This document shows positions 51,440-64,000 of a stretch of 64,000 nucleotides of DNA, in pieces. Made by a program: the position numbers and the translations under genes. Each line of letters starts with the position of its first letter. Within the stretch, counting starts at the first letter, position 1. This stretch comes from Vicugna vicugna (Eukaryota). The notes beneath the pieces are model-generated. The model was not told the origin of the DNA. It worked only from the letters and a program-made list of their open reading frames with translations, and did no database searches. The stretch is taken from NCBI GenBank assembly GCA_013265495.1, contig MU057880.1, positions 2,262,527-2,326,526 on the forward strand. The letters are read 5' to 3'.

Positions 51440-52120
51440 TACCTGCTTTTTATAATTAACTTAATAATTTGTATCTATTCACATGTAGAAAAAACGTTGA
51501 GTTTACTCACATTTTTTTTTCTGGGATAATGACAGTGAGCTTACTTTAATATTCTTTCTATTCAGCAAATAAGGGGGGCACCCCTGCAGCCTTCCTTGGG
51601 AGCAGGGGGGATATTCGATTCCAGTCAAGCCCTACGACTCTGTGGTTCCAATTACCATGTATCTTAGAAGCTGAGTTTTAAGGCATTAAAATTCTCAGAA
51701 ACGGTCTTTGCCACACATGTTATTAAAAATTATGTTTGCCTTTGTAAGATGATTCACCTACCATTTCTCCCTCAGCTAGTGAATGAGACAGCATGTAGTT
51801 AAGGAGTTTCTTACTGTTTTGAACAAAGTGATGCTGATCTAATGTATTTCATATCTTTTATACATAGATACACTTTCCTTAGTAATGATATACTTCCTGT
51901 ATCCCTGTCTTGATTCCCAGGTACTTTAGAATAAGGATAAGGCGTAAATAAAATTTATCTTTCCATTTGGCTACTTTAAGTTGGCATTCCAAGCTAAGTT
52001 TTACTTTAGAAAAACTTCAGCATAAGATGTTCACCTGAAATTGTAGCTAGTTGTTTGCAGCTTTAGGAAAATAGTTCTAGATGTACTATACAAACTTAAA
52101 ATTTTAGGACTTAAGAGATG

Positions 52121-52535
52121 ATCATATTAAGTGAAGTAAGTCGGACAGAGAAAGACAGATATCATATGATATCACTTCTATGTGGAATCCAAAAAAAATG
52201 ATAAATTCTACTTACAAACCACAACCAGACTCACAGACATAGAAAACAAACTATGGTTACCAAAAGGGGAAAGGGGAGGTGGGATAAATTAGAAGTTTGG
52301 GATTAGCGGATACACGCTATTATATATAGAATGGATAAACAACATCGCCCTACTGTATAGGAAGGGGAACTATTTTCAGTGTCTTGTAATAACCTATAAT
52401 GGAAAAGAATCTGCAAAGAAAATATATATATGTACGTGTATGCATAACTGAATCGCTTTGCTGTACGCCTGAAACTAGCATTGTCAACCAACTACACTTC
52501 AATAAAAAATAAAATTAGAAAACAAAACAAAACAG
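52121..52535 (+). mobile_element. L1 3' end (ORF2 end plus 3' UTR)
   Basis: atcatattaagtgaagtaagtcggacagagaaagacagatatcatatgatatcact..tgtggaatc...caactacacttcaataaaaaa; flanking ttaaaattttag repeats. Confidence 0.9.
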
Positions 52536-55500
52536 AATTTAAAATTTTAGAATTTTCATGCTATTTTCAAGAATTCTTTATAGAAACAAGTATTTCCCAG
52601 TCATACCCCGTTAGTAAATAATAGAAAAGAAATTCGTGCAAATTGATGCCACACAAAACACATTCAGCTTTATGATTGTGTGGAAGGGGTTAATAGCTAG
52701 TCTTTGGTTTTTGTTCCCTTCGTGCTGGAAGAGAAGAAAAAAAAAAAGGCCCAGTAGATTAGCAGTGAGAGATTGGGAAGAAATGAAGCAAAACTGAAGT
52801 AAAACAGTGCAAGCTTGTTTCTGCTTGGAGGCCACACACAATGAGAGCCCCACGCACAGTTCAGCTCTCTCCGAAGGAGAAGAGCATTTCTTGTTTAATT
52901 CTGGAGTAATTTATGGTAGGTTACGTGTGTTTTACTCTGGGGACTGCAGCATGAGCACCATGATTTTAAAATGTTAAGAAACCTCCAGGAGCTGAGAGGC
53001 ACCGTCTTTTCTCCTACTACCAGAAACCCTTATGAAAAAATTTTATTCTTTTTTTAAAATCTCAGCCTCCGTGTAAAGTACATCACACAGTTTTGTCAGG
53101 TGGTTACACGAAGCCGTACCCGTGTTTGAGACGAAATACACAAATCCAAACGTGAATATTTTTACGGCTTTTCCCCCTCTATATAGAAGTATTCTTCTTG
53201 AGTATAATTTTACTTGTAATCCGCACTTGCTTAAATGGTGATGAGAGTTGAGGATTTTCTTTTTCTCCAAGCTGGCTAACATTCTGAAGGGTTTTTAAAC
53301 TACTGTGGCTTTCTTGGAAAACGGTTTGATTGAATATTCTATTTTTAAACAGTTTTCACCTTAAGCTTTCTGGTCAGAAGTAATATCATAGTATTTTCAA
53401 CAGTGTATTTGCTCTCACTTTCAACCTAATGAATGGATCAATTTAGATGAAAAGCAATGGAAGTTACAGCTTTCATGCCATTAGATTCCTTGTATTTAGA
53501 TTTTTTCTTTATTGCCTGAAAAGGGGCGGGTGGGGGAATGAATGAACTGAAAGCTTCAAGTTGCTTCCCAGTTTTTTCTATTATTTTTATGGTTTTTACT
53601 TGTTCTTTTTAAATATGTATAACCACTGGCACCTGTTGGATATCACATATTTTTATTCTTATTAGTGAAATTACATCCAGACACTGATGTACATGAGAGA
53701 GGGGTACTATTTCTGCGGTCAGTTATAACCCCAACTGTGTGTTTTCCTGAAGAGCGATCTTGTAAAGGACTTGGGTCGAGGGTGAAGTCGTGCTCGGCCA
53801 GTGCTGGCTGCCGAGGGTGTGTGGTTTCTCGGGGCAAAGGCGTAGAAGGACACTTGATGCTCGAGGTGCCACTGAAGAATGCATGACCGATTGCCAAAGT
53901 AGTTATTAATTATGCAGGATGCGGAGAACAAAGCAGCTCAGTGCATATTGGTGTTGGGGGAAGAAGGAAAGGGGTGGGTATTTTTCCCCATCCCTTCTGG
54001 GTCTGCCAGTAGGGTTATCAGTGTTAATATCTCACGAAAAAAAAAAAGTCTTACCTGAGGCCAAGTTTGCTTTTATGTTCAGGGTAAGAAAAATTCCAGC
54101 CAACTCTCAAACAAGGCATCCGATTCACTAGTTCACTTTCTCAGGGAAGGAAAAAAAAAAAAAAAAGCAGCCGGGCTTGGGGGGGAAAAAAAACACAGCA
54201 CTTAGAGAAATATCACAGCCCAAATCCCTCAGGAAAAAAGTGTCAGATAATATACTTACGATTTGTAAAAATCCTAAATCCTTGTAACAAACTCCTGCCC
54301 TCCCATATTATTACATTCAACTGATTTGATCGAGTAAAACTTTAGGTTCAAACCTTTCAAAATAAAGTTTTATGTACCTTCTGAGACAGTTAAGAGGAAA
54401 TTTTGTTCTCTGAATTTTTTGGTAAGAGAGCATAGAAGTATCTCCATTATTGCATGTCTAAACTCCAGCCTGATACACTTTGGGATGATACGATTTTTAT
54501 TAAAATATACAATGTATTTGTATCTTTATGCAGGGAGTCTTGAGGTGGCAGCATTTTATTGCATCAAAGAAATGATACAGTTTTTTTGCAGAGGCTAAAC
54601 TCTTACTTGCCTAAGAGATGTTTAAGATGTTTTTTCAGCCAGCCTCGCCCCCCGGAACCCCATGCACTCTTTCACGCGAAGAGCATGGTCTCTCTTCCAT
54701 ATCTACTGATTCTTTTTGCCCTACCTAATTCCTGGCCCTCTAAAAATGAATTTCACAGACAGTGTGATTTGTAGTTAGCAAAGGCAGCTGTTAGTATAGC
54801 AGGAGGGGTAAAAGGCAGACAGACCATTTTAAGTTGATATACAGGGGGGCTGTAAATTAGAATTTAGACTAATTGAAAGCTCAGAAGTTGATTCACATTT
54901 TACCTCTAAAGCCGCAAAGATTTAAAAGCTTAGTGTTAACGCGCCAACTCAACCCAATGGGAAGAACTGTTCTCTGGAAGTAAGTTTGTTATAATTTAAA
55001 ATGATAAAATACTTTTCTTTAATACCCCCAACCATTTGCCTGTTAATGCTTTCAGCATTTATTGAAGAGTATGTGATGATACACTTTATTATGAGATAAT
55101 TCAAAGATGTGTATGCTATTGTTCTGTGTCTCTGAGAACTTAGCTTGTTTTCAAGAAGAAATAGACACACCTGTGGAAAATACAGTATGTGATTGTGTCC
55201 TGTTAGTGGTTTGGAAAGATTTTGAGAAGGAAGAGAGGCAGTTATTGAGAGCAGAGTGGATGTCATCACTCTTAGATTAAAGGGAAAAAAAGAACCAGCA
55301 AACAAACGAAAACCCTGAGACTTGCCGGGTGTAAGTTTGATAACAACTATATTATAAAAACCTGTCATGAGCTCATTAAAATGTATATTACTAGATGTCA
55401 GAGATTAGGATTCTGTGGTTCAGGAGCGATGCCCGGTTCTCTGCATTTTCATCAAACTTGCTTAGAAATTCTGACCTAAGATACTTCCACCCTGAACTTG

Positions 55501-58457
55501 GGGGAAGAAATTGCTCTATACTGTATACTGGGCAGGACGTAGCAAGTTTTGGGGGAAATATTTTTTAGAATCAAGCAAGCATGAATATTTTGTGGAACAG
55601 ACTGGAAACTGCTTGCATCTTTTCTAGCTGGCATCCCCATGTGTTCTCTGTTTTCAGGACTGCAGACAGAGTGGGATGTCCTGGTAGAATTAGATGGATG
55701 GATTTCAGTGTTTAGTCTTTGCATTTATTGTACCGACTTTTCTAAGTTATATGTGAAAACCTGTCAGTTTTATCAACTGTCCACGTCCGTTGCCCGTGGA
55801 GCCAGGACAGATGACCACCTGCCGCCTTTCCTGGGGTTCCAGGAGCTGGTCTGATGAGCTGCAGGTGGGGTGGGTCCGGCACTAGGGCACAGTTCCGGAT
55901 GATATATCCTTTTGTTCCGAGGTGTGAGATGCTCTCAGTAAACAAGACAGTGCCAATCATCAAGAAATGTTTCCTTCTCCTCCTCCTTGTTTCAACATGT
56001 AATTTTAATTTTCATCTGACACATACGTGTACATCATTTTAAAAGACAATTATTTCCCTTGGGCTGGTGACAGACACAGCAGTCGCCCCCACTTTCCCTG
56101 CCCCGACCACTGTCCCGCTCCCTTGGAGACAGACCCTCCCGGCTCTTGTATCTGGTCCTCTGAGAACTGACGTTCACCCTCGGGTCACGCACTTTGCCTG
56201 TGATGTCCTGCATCTTTGGTTTTAATAATTATTTGTGGACTCACATCTACTGACTTCAGACTCTGCAAGGTGAGGCTCTCCCGTTCTTCACAGCACCCCA
56301 TCGTCCGCTAGGTCCTAATCACATGAAGACCCACATGCACTGTGCATCCTGGTATCCGCAGAATCGTTCTTCTCAGTTGAGCCGTGAAGCTTTGGTTCCA
56401 TTTCCTTTCCTGCCCTGTGTTGTGTTTTCTGTTCCCTAGAGTTGTGTCATGCTGGCGTTTGCTTAGCTTTCTCTATGTTTATCACCGATTCGTCCCCAAA
56501 CCATCCCTCAAATGGTGTGGAGCTCAATACAGTCAGATGTGTTAGGTTTCCTGCTGGTGACATCTTCTGGAAGAAATCCCCGCTGAAACAGTTGGGGCTC
56601 CTCTGCTTTGGGCTGGTTGTCCTCAAACCTGCTGCACAGCTGTCATCCTTGGGGTCTCCTCCATCCCTGTCCCGGGTATTTCCTTGGCCACCTTCGTGAG
56701 TTACATCCATTGTCTGCAGAATCTTCTGTCTTCCTCTCTTCATTTACTTCTTGTTTGCGGAGGGAGTAAAGCCCCCATGAATTTCCTGGAAAGAAAAGAA
56801 AGAGGAAATGCCTGCGACCTTGCGTAACTGAAAATGCCTTTATTGAACCCTCGAACTTGAATACGTGGCTCAGTCTAGAGTGAGTTGACTACTTGGAAGC
56901 TTACTGGACATCCTGTGCACCTGATGGGGCTTGCTGACGTCGCTGTTTGCTGTCCTGTGAGCTGTCCTGTCACACTAGTTTCTTGAAACCCCCCAGACTC
57001 CTCTCACCTCTTTTCTGAGGGCATAAGCCTGCCAGTTCTCTGGGTTGAGAGCTGCGTGGAGTAAGACTGAGACACTCAGCATTCAGTAGAAAGGTTTTTT
57101 TCTCAGCCTCCTCCACACCCCACATGCAGAACAGCATCCCTGCTTCCGGCTCGGCTGGGCCTCCCGGACCGTAGATCCTCAGGTTTATTCTGTTCAGGGA
57201 ACACGTCTGAGCAGGGAGGACATCATTCTTCTCCCCAGCAGGGGTGTCGGTCTGGGGCGTCTTTATGGCTTCGGGATCCCAGCCCGTCCTCGCGCTTTCA
57301 GCCTCCCTGTCATGACCGGGGTCGTAGGTACCTGCCGCCACGTGGTCCCAGAACTTTTGGGTGGTTCTTCCGTGTAACACAGATGATTCCTGGCTTTGCC
57401 TCCTGCTGAACTGTCAGATCCACCAAGGCAAGGACTCCACGTCCACTTGCTTTTCCGTTTTCAAAATTTTATCTCAGTTGGCTCCTTTCCAATTTTCTTT
57501 GACTTTAAGTGATTGTGCATTTAAAAAATACCTTTAGAACAGAAACTACACCACAATCTTTTCCCTTTTTTTTCCTTTATTCATATAACAAAGTCCTTAT
57601 TAAAGACTAAGGTTATATTTGCTCAACAAAATATTCAGAAAGTCAGCACAGTATATCAAAGACCCAGTGCGAGCAGGTACCAGCCTCTGTAACTGGCTTT
57701 CGGAAAGGACCCTCTGTTATTCCCCCCCCACCCAGCCGGATAAAACTAGCCCCTGCAGAAGTTGCTCTGCGTTGATTATGTTAATATTATGTTTACTTTT
57801 TTGCAGTGGAGAGGCAAAGAGGGCTTGATTAGCTATTTAACACTTTCTGAACTGTGTTTCAGTATTAGTAGTAGCCACTAGAACACCAGCCATGATTTAT
57901 TCCTTATACGTATCAGTTGTAACCAAACAACTCCATATATAATCCATACATTTGGGAAAACGCTATCCTTAAAAACAGTCTTCAAATATTCACCTGCTTG
58001 AGTAACACTGTTCGTGTATTTGAATGTTCAGACATTAAAACTGGAGTTGCACAGCTTTTCCCTATTCCTTTAACTAAGGTGACACACTTGGAATGTCGTT
58101 TATTTAAGGTTACTTTGAAACCACATGAATCTGATTTTCTCTATAATATAACCATCAGTTTTACATCCTGTGACAGTCTTAGAACAAAACTAAAAGGTGA
58201 GTGCAATCAGTGTTATGTACTTTTGAAGAGGTTGATTTTTGAAAGTCAGGTGTGTTCTAAACATATTTTGGAAAGGAAGTGCATAACGTGACCAGCTTGG
58301 AAATAGTTGAATCAAGCAGAGGAGGATGGACGTATATTGAAGGATGCACTAGGCTTGAGGGGTGTTTTCATATCCTTTCATCCCTGTAATGCAATGTTAC
58401 CACCGTTTTGCAGAGTGTAATTCAGAAAAGTGAGGATATTAATTAAGGTTTCCCTAC

Positions 58458-59004
58458 TATTGCAGAAAAATGTGCTACAGCTGGGTGTTAACAGCTCAGT
58501 TGTGACAGCAACCTGGCTCTGGGCAAGAGACCAAGCAGCACTCGGAGGGTTGGAGGTTTATTATGCCAGCAAGCCCAGAATAGTTAACACTCCAAGCTCT
58601 GGAGGCTGTCTGTAGGTTTACACGGGCTTTTATAGGCTTCCAGTTTTACACTTTGCAACATCATATGCAAATAAAGTATACCAGAAGTTGACCAACCAGG
58701 AACAAGCTTTGTAGAAATAGACCAATCAGGAGTGAGAGAAATAACCAATCAGGAGTGAACTCCATGCAAATGAAGTACTACAAGTGGACCAATCAGAAGT
58801 GAGACTAATAACTAATCAGGAGTGAAGGAACTAACCAATCAGAAGTGAGCTCAGGGAACCAATAGAATTTTAGGGGTAAGTAAGCCGTTTCAGAGGCAAA
58901 AAGTGAGATAGAGCCTCTGGGCCAGGGAACTGGATGGTGCTGGCAGGAGAGTAGTGGCCCTGCCTAGGGGTCCTGCCGGTCTTTTTATGAGGCTTCCCGT
59001 CTCA
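58458..59004 (-). mobile_element. Solo ERV1-type LTR
   Basis: Minus strand TGAGAC...GCAATA (degenerate CA end); 4-bp TSD CTAC at 58454-58457 and 59005-59008; minus-strand TATAAAA at 58628-58634 and AATAAA at 58557-58562; tandem CCAAT units. Confidence 0.8.
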
Positions 59005-61315
59005 CTACTTCTGTTGAAGGCCAGGCTGCCTCTAGACTGGTTTGGGAAATATATTAGAAAGGAGAAGCAAATGTATTCCCATTAAAACACCTGAGTGTAA
59101 TTTCTGTTGATTATGGTGTCATGGATACTTTAGGAGCTTTGAGAAGTTGGTGAACTAAATCAGAATTCACCAATTCGGTAAAAAAATTCTAGTGGTAATA
59201 AATATCAACGGTTATCATCCTTTCTCCACACAGTTCCCTTTAAAATGCAAACAAGGCAGGTGTTTCTTTAAGAGTCACTTTCAAAGTAAACACAGTGTTA
59301 AGGCAAAAAAGTAAAAATGCATATGGAGTCAATATTTCACTGATCAGATTTCACCGATCAGTCAAATCCCATCACTATTGAGAAATTACACAGTTACATG
59401 TAAGCACCCCAGCGATCTTTTCAGCCCCAGAGTGGCTTTTCAGAAGGTGATCATCAAGGAAGCCTGGGAGGCTACAATTCTTATAGAGAAATAGGAAATT
59501 AAAATTGGAATACAGGCGTTAACTAGGCAAACGAGACTTCCTGGAAAGTCTGCGAAGCACCTACGTGGTGTGTCACTCACTCTGGAATACAAGAGCATTT
59601 TTGGTTTGAAATTAAGCACTTTGTGCCCAGTGTCTGAAATACGCTAGTCTCTTGGTAAGATTTCACGCAGATGGAAGTGGAAGCACTAAGGACTAATGTG
59701 GGGCAGGGAGATGCTGCTTGGCAGTTGTTTGCACAGGCGCTGCCTGGAGGCCCCAAGACACCCGGTGAACTGGGGGAGGAGATCTCTGCACCAGGATGTC
59801 TTGGTGTCTCGGCCCCAGGGCAGAGGTTCTGCACCTGCCTGGGTGTTTCCACTCTGGTTAAGGAAGTCAGCTTTTGTGTAAGTGTGAGTAAAAGCCGTTA
59901 TGGAAATTCTTTCCCCACTGCAAGCAGTAATTCAGGAGCTGGATTAAGGCTGTCATCTGTTGCCTGAAAATACTCTATGAATTATCTTAAGTACTTCCAA
60001 AGCAGGTTTGCTTAAGAAAGCTAAGATTTACATTAAAAGCCTTTTCTTTTTTTTTTTTCTGCCCCTTGGGAAGAATAATGGAAAAGGCTCTGAGGTGGCA
60101 ATTATCTAAGACTTTCAGATGAAATCTGAGCAGGGAACTGGGACTCAGCGTGGGTAACTCCCAAGTCAGCCCGTGCAAGGGTCTGATGACTTCTTTGAAA
60201 TTGTGCTTTTAGATTTCATAGTATTGCTAAAGAGGAAATGCCTTTTTCCAGAAGAATAACATTCTGATAGAGTTCTTTTTTTTTTTTAAGGCATTTTCCT
60301 GCCAGGTCTAAGTTAATGAAATAGTATTAAGTATAATTAGTTGTTTTAGGAGAAGACATGCTAAAGACACTGGATTGTTCCAGAGACAGAGACAGTGCCT
60401 GCCAAGGCTTGACCTCCCATGCTTGAGTGAGGCGGTGTTGAGACATGACATGTCCTTTGGGTGAGATTCTTTAGAAACCATCTCAAACCTTCTGACAGAA
60501 ATGTTTTCCTTTCTTTTGGGAACCTGATGAGTGATGCTTTGTGGTTTTCTAACCCCAGCGCTGCTCACAGTAGTAAAGAGAACCCCTGGGTCCACCCAGA
60601 TAGACGGTGTTTTGTTTTTAAAGCCAGGGGACCCCTCTCAGACTTGGTCTTCTCCTGACTTCCCCCTGAATGTAATGTTTTTGTGCTGCTTTGTCACCTT
60701 TGGGAACTCCAAAATTACTCCATGAGCAGATGTCAGGAAGGGTGCAGCTGATGGAAGTCTGTGATGGTGACAGAACATTAATTAAGTGACAGTACTGATT
60801 AAGAATTGTGCATTTGGGCTGCAGAGTTAAATCGGTTCCCCAACATCTTGGGATCGTGCGTTTCATTTACCCTGAAACGTTCTGTTTTCTCTTCCGATGG
60901 AACTCCTCCTTACCCAGGAGGGCTTCGCTGTCGGCCCTGGCTGGCCGCAGTCCCTGCGGTGTGAGTGGTGTGACATCCTTCTGCGTCACTGAGCAATTCA
61001 AGGGCCTGAAGGCTTTAGAAGCACCATCTTGGACCTTCTGTTGCAGGCCCTTTGCATCTGTTTTTTTCTTCTTTATTTAGACTGCAAGGCGGTGGCCAAA
61101 TGCAATTTAGCTTAATTAGGTGCTCAAGTCATTTGACTTGGAGAAATGTGTGATGTTGTTTTTTAGCTGTAGTTTTGTATTAAGCTGATTTTTACAACTC
61201 CAGCCTTCCTATGTAGATCATAGAAGTACCCACAGACCCATTTCTTCAATATCTGCTACTGGCTTGGGTTGTAGATACAGGTCATCTTGTTTATTCTTTG
61301 TAATAACTCTATGAG

Positions 61316-61470
61316 GGGCGAGGGTGTAGCTCCGTGGCAGAGCACATGCTTAGCGGGCACGAGGTCCTGGCTTCAATCCCCAGTGCCTCCATCAAAGTAA
61401 GTAAATAAACCTAATTACCTCCACCCTAAAAATTAAATAAATAAAACAAATTTTTTTTAATTTTTAAAAA
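61316..61470 (+). mobile_element. tRNA-derived SINE (Vic-1-like) with TSD
   Basis: GAGGGTGTAGCTCCGTGGCAGAG..GCTTAGCGGGCACGAGGTCCTGGCTTCAATCCCCAG..AAATAAACCTAATTACCTCC; TSD aataactcta(t/g)gag at 61302-61315 and 61471-61484. Confidence 0.9.
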
Positions 61471-63619
61471 AATAACTCTAGGAGAAATTATTCCCATTTT
61501 ACCTGGGAGAAAATACACTCAGAAAAATAGGAAGCTAGACTAAGGTGCAGAGCAAATACATAGGGAAAAACTTATAGTCAAACCATGAATCTCACCCACC
61601 GTGTATGATATCCCTAATCAACTTTCCCCAGTAAGAACTTTTTCTTAACATTTTATTTGGAGAAAAGTGCAAGTTGACCTTCATTTGTAAGAAAGAGCCC
61701 CGTACCCTCCACCTGATTTTCCCCAAGGGCGGCGTCTTGTGTGACTCTCCGTAGGGCAGTATCACGACAGTGACGCTGACACAGCCCCCCGACCTCCGAA
61801 AGACATTTTTGAATGAAAATGCATGACACCGTAGTAGGTAGTACATGAAAGTGTTCTGTGAAAAGACTCAGAAATAAAGGTTAAAAGGATGTTTCATGAA
61901 TCTGTAGTTTTTAAAACGCCTCCATCGAGACGAACAAGAGAGTACACATTTTTGCATCACTCGGTGGCTTCAGAATTTCAGCTGAAGCCAGGAGGGGAGT
62001 TTCTCATCATCTCCTTCATCTGAAAGTCAGTAGTGTGGCACAGAACCATCCTTTGCAGCTGGGAGGAGGACATCTATCATAGACGAAAGCTTACAAAACC
62101 AAAAATAATACCGCCCATCACCCCTCGGGACGTGGGATTCAGAGTGAGTGTGGGAAACCTCGTCGCTATAAATACATCCATGAGTAAGGCCCTGCTGCCT
62201 CTGAGACAGAGATGAATGAACTTTTAGGATGCTGAGAGCCTGAGATATAATCTATAGCTTTAAACTGATGTCAGGATTCAGAACTGATTGCTTGAAAAGC
62301 CCTTCATTTCCCCAGAATAGACTGATGACTTCAGGGCTACTAGATCTGTTCTCATGCAGAATGTGTATAATTTGGTTCCAATAGGTACGGTATGTGGGAA
62401 TATTTACATAGTCCGCGGAACTGTACCATTTGTAGAGGTTAAACTATTACAAAAGCAAAATACAGCAGCATGCGATGTTTTCCAGGTATGTTTTAATCCT
62501 AGAATTCAGTGGAATCCAGCTTACGAACACCCTGGGGCTGATTTTTTGTTTAGGTCACGACCTTTTCTTTAAGCAAGGATATGCCACTTTGAAGTCTTGA
62601 TGTATTTCTTCCAAGAATCACAGCCATGATGCTTTGATGTTGACTTGCAGTTGACTTTAAGTCAACCTGAGAACTCAAAGATACCTTTCGAAGCAGTCGA
62701 AGTGCAGAATTCCTGTAGGATGCTGTGAGGTTTTTCCCTCCTGTGCCCTGTCTGTCATCCCCACCTGAACAGCATCTTTGTATAGTAACTCATTTGGGAT
62801 GGAATCCTTCCAAAGCGCATTCATCTAAGTTTTCAAAGAGGCGACACCTGTTTGACTGGGTTACATAACGTGTAAATGAGGAGCGTTACAGGAACAAGTA
62901 CCACTGATAGGAACAGTTCGGGGAACAAATGCAGGTATTTCTTGGTAAGCGTCAAATCCAGCTGGTGGAGCAGAAAGGATGCCGGTAGCATTCTGTGGGT
63001 TATGGGAATCGTGGGTCTGCATGCTTTGCACGACAGGAAAGTTACCTGAAGCAGGAGGCCACTTGAGTGAAGGTCGGCTGAGATAATGCGTCTTGTCCTT
63101 TGTCCGGTTTTCAGATGGCTACTGCCTCATGCTGTGTCCCCGGAAAACTGGAAATTAAATGAGTGGGGCCAATGGAAACGTCGTTGGTAACTGCCTTCGT
63201 GTGTCTGTCAAGGCGGGAATGGGCTGCCCGGCACACTGTAGACGGGGAATGCATTTTTAGTCTCTTCTGTCAGTTTTCCTATGATTTAGCTCCACTGTGT
63301 TTTGAGCTTTAGAGGATAGCTTGACCCCTGGAAGTTACTTAGTTTGAAGGAGTGAGTTTTCTACTAGGGAGCTGCCCTTTAAGGAGAACTCTGGGTGAAG
63401 ATTTAGAAGGAGATAGTTTTATCTTATTGAACAAGTGAAATGACTTATGAAACGTATTAGATATTCACCAGAGTAGTGGGGGAGCGGGCTTTCCTTTTTT
63501 CCCTCCCCTTCCTCCTTCCTTCCTTAATGTTTGACTTTTGTTATTTTGAAGTTAGTATCTCACTCTGTGTTTACTTAGGGAAATGCCACACTTTCTTGTT
63601 TGTTTTTCAGCTCTCCTTG

Positions 63620-64000
63620 TTTTGTTTTGTTTTTATTGAAGTAGACTCAGTTTACTATGTTGCATCAGTTTCTGGTGTACAGCACAATGTTTCAGTCATA
63701 CATATAAATACATGTATTTGTTTTCATATTCTTTTTCATTACAAGTTACTACAAGATATTGAATATAGTTCCCTGTGCTATACAGAAGAAACTTATTGTT
63801 TATCTGTTTTATATATAGTAGTTAGTATCTGCAAATCTCAAACCCCCAATTTATCCCTTCCCACCTCGTTCCCCTCCTGGTAACCGTAAGTTTGTTTTCT
63901 GTGTCTGTGAGTCTGTGTCAGTTTTGTGAATAAGTTCATTTGTCCTTTTTTTAGATTCCACATATAAGTGGTACCATATGATACTTTTCTTTCTTCTCTT
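63620..64000 (-). mobile_element. L1 3' end, runs off the window
   Basis: tttattgaagtagactcagtttactatgttg..tttctggtgtacagcac...tttagattccacatataagtg; same family as 1985-2251 and 21043-21527. Confidence 0.9.

Noticed and set aside
62652..62668. Short palindrome gttgactt-t-aagtcaac, and similar 7-8 bp stems near 20477, 59147 and 12182
   Set aside because: Arms this short are expected by chance in 64 kb.

Overview
Mammalian genomic DNA, almost entirely intronic, from the PDGFC (platelet-derived growth factor C) locus on the + strand. Two coding exons are present: 15571-15766 (196 bp) and 47577-47757 (181 bp). They splice in frame and encode the CUB domain (exons 2 and 3 by analogy with human PDGFC); exon 1 and the growth-factor-domain exons lie outside the window. 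The rest is dense with repeats. There are eight copies of a tRNA-derived SINE resembling the camelid Vic-1 type (hence an inferred camelid origin), about a dozen short L1 3' ends, three solo ERV LTRs, older L1M/L2/MIR/MLT/hAT fragments, a 48-bp minisatellite and microsatellites. Nearly all other listed ORFs are chance frames. I saw no new protein-coding system. Best leads: a candidate cassette exon in intron 1 (4783/4787-4843) whose two acceptors give either a stop or an in-frame 19-aa insert; a SINE-L1 ORF1 chimera inside one target-site duplication (TSD) just upstream of exon 3; a perfect 20-bp-stem hairpin at 9897-9956; an antisense LTR rich in CCAAT and octamer motifs; an intronic CpG island with an antisense splice donor; and GC/CpG-enriched patches suggesting GC-biased gene conversion. 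Repeat family names are from memory of consensus sequences and were not database-checked.
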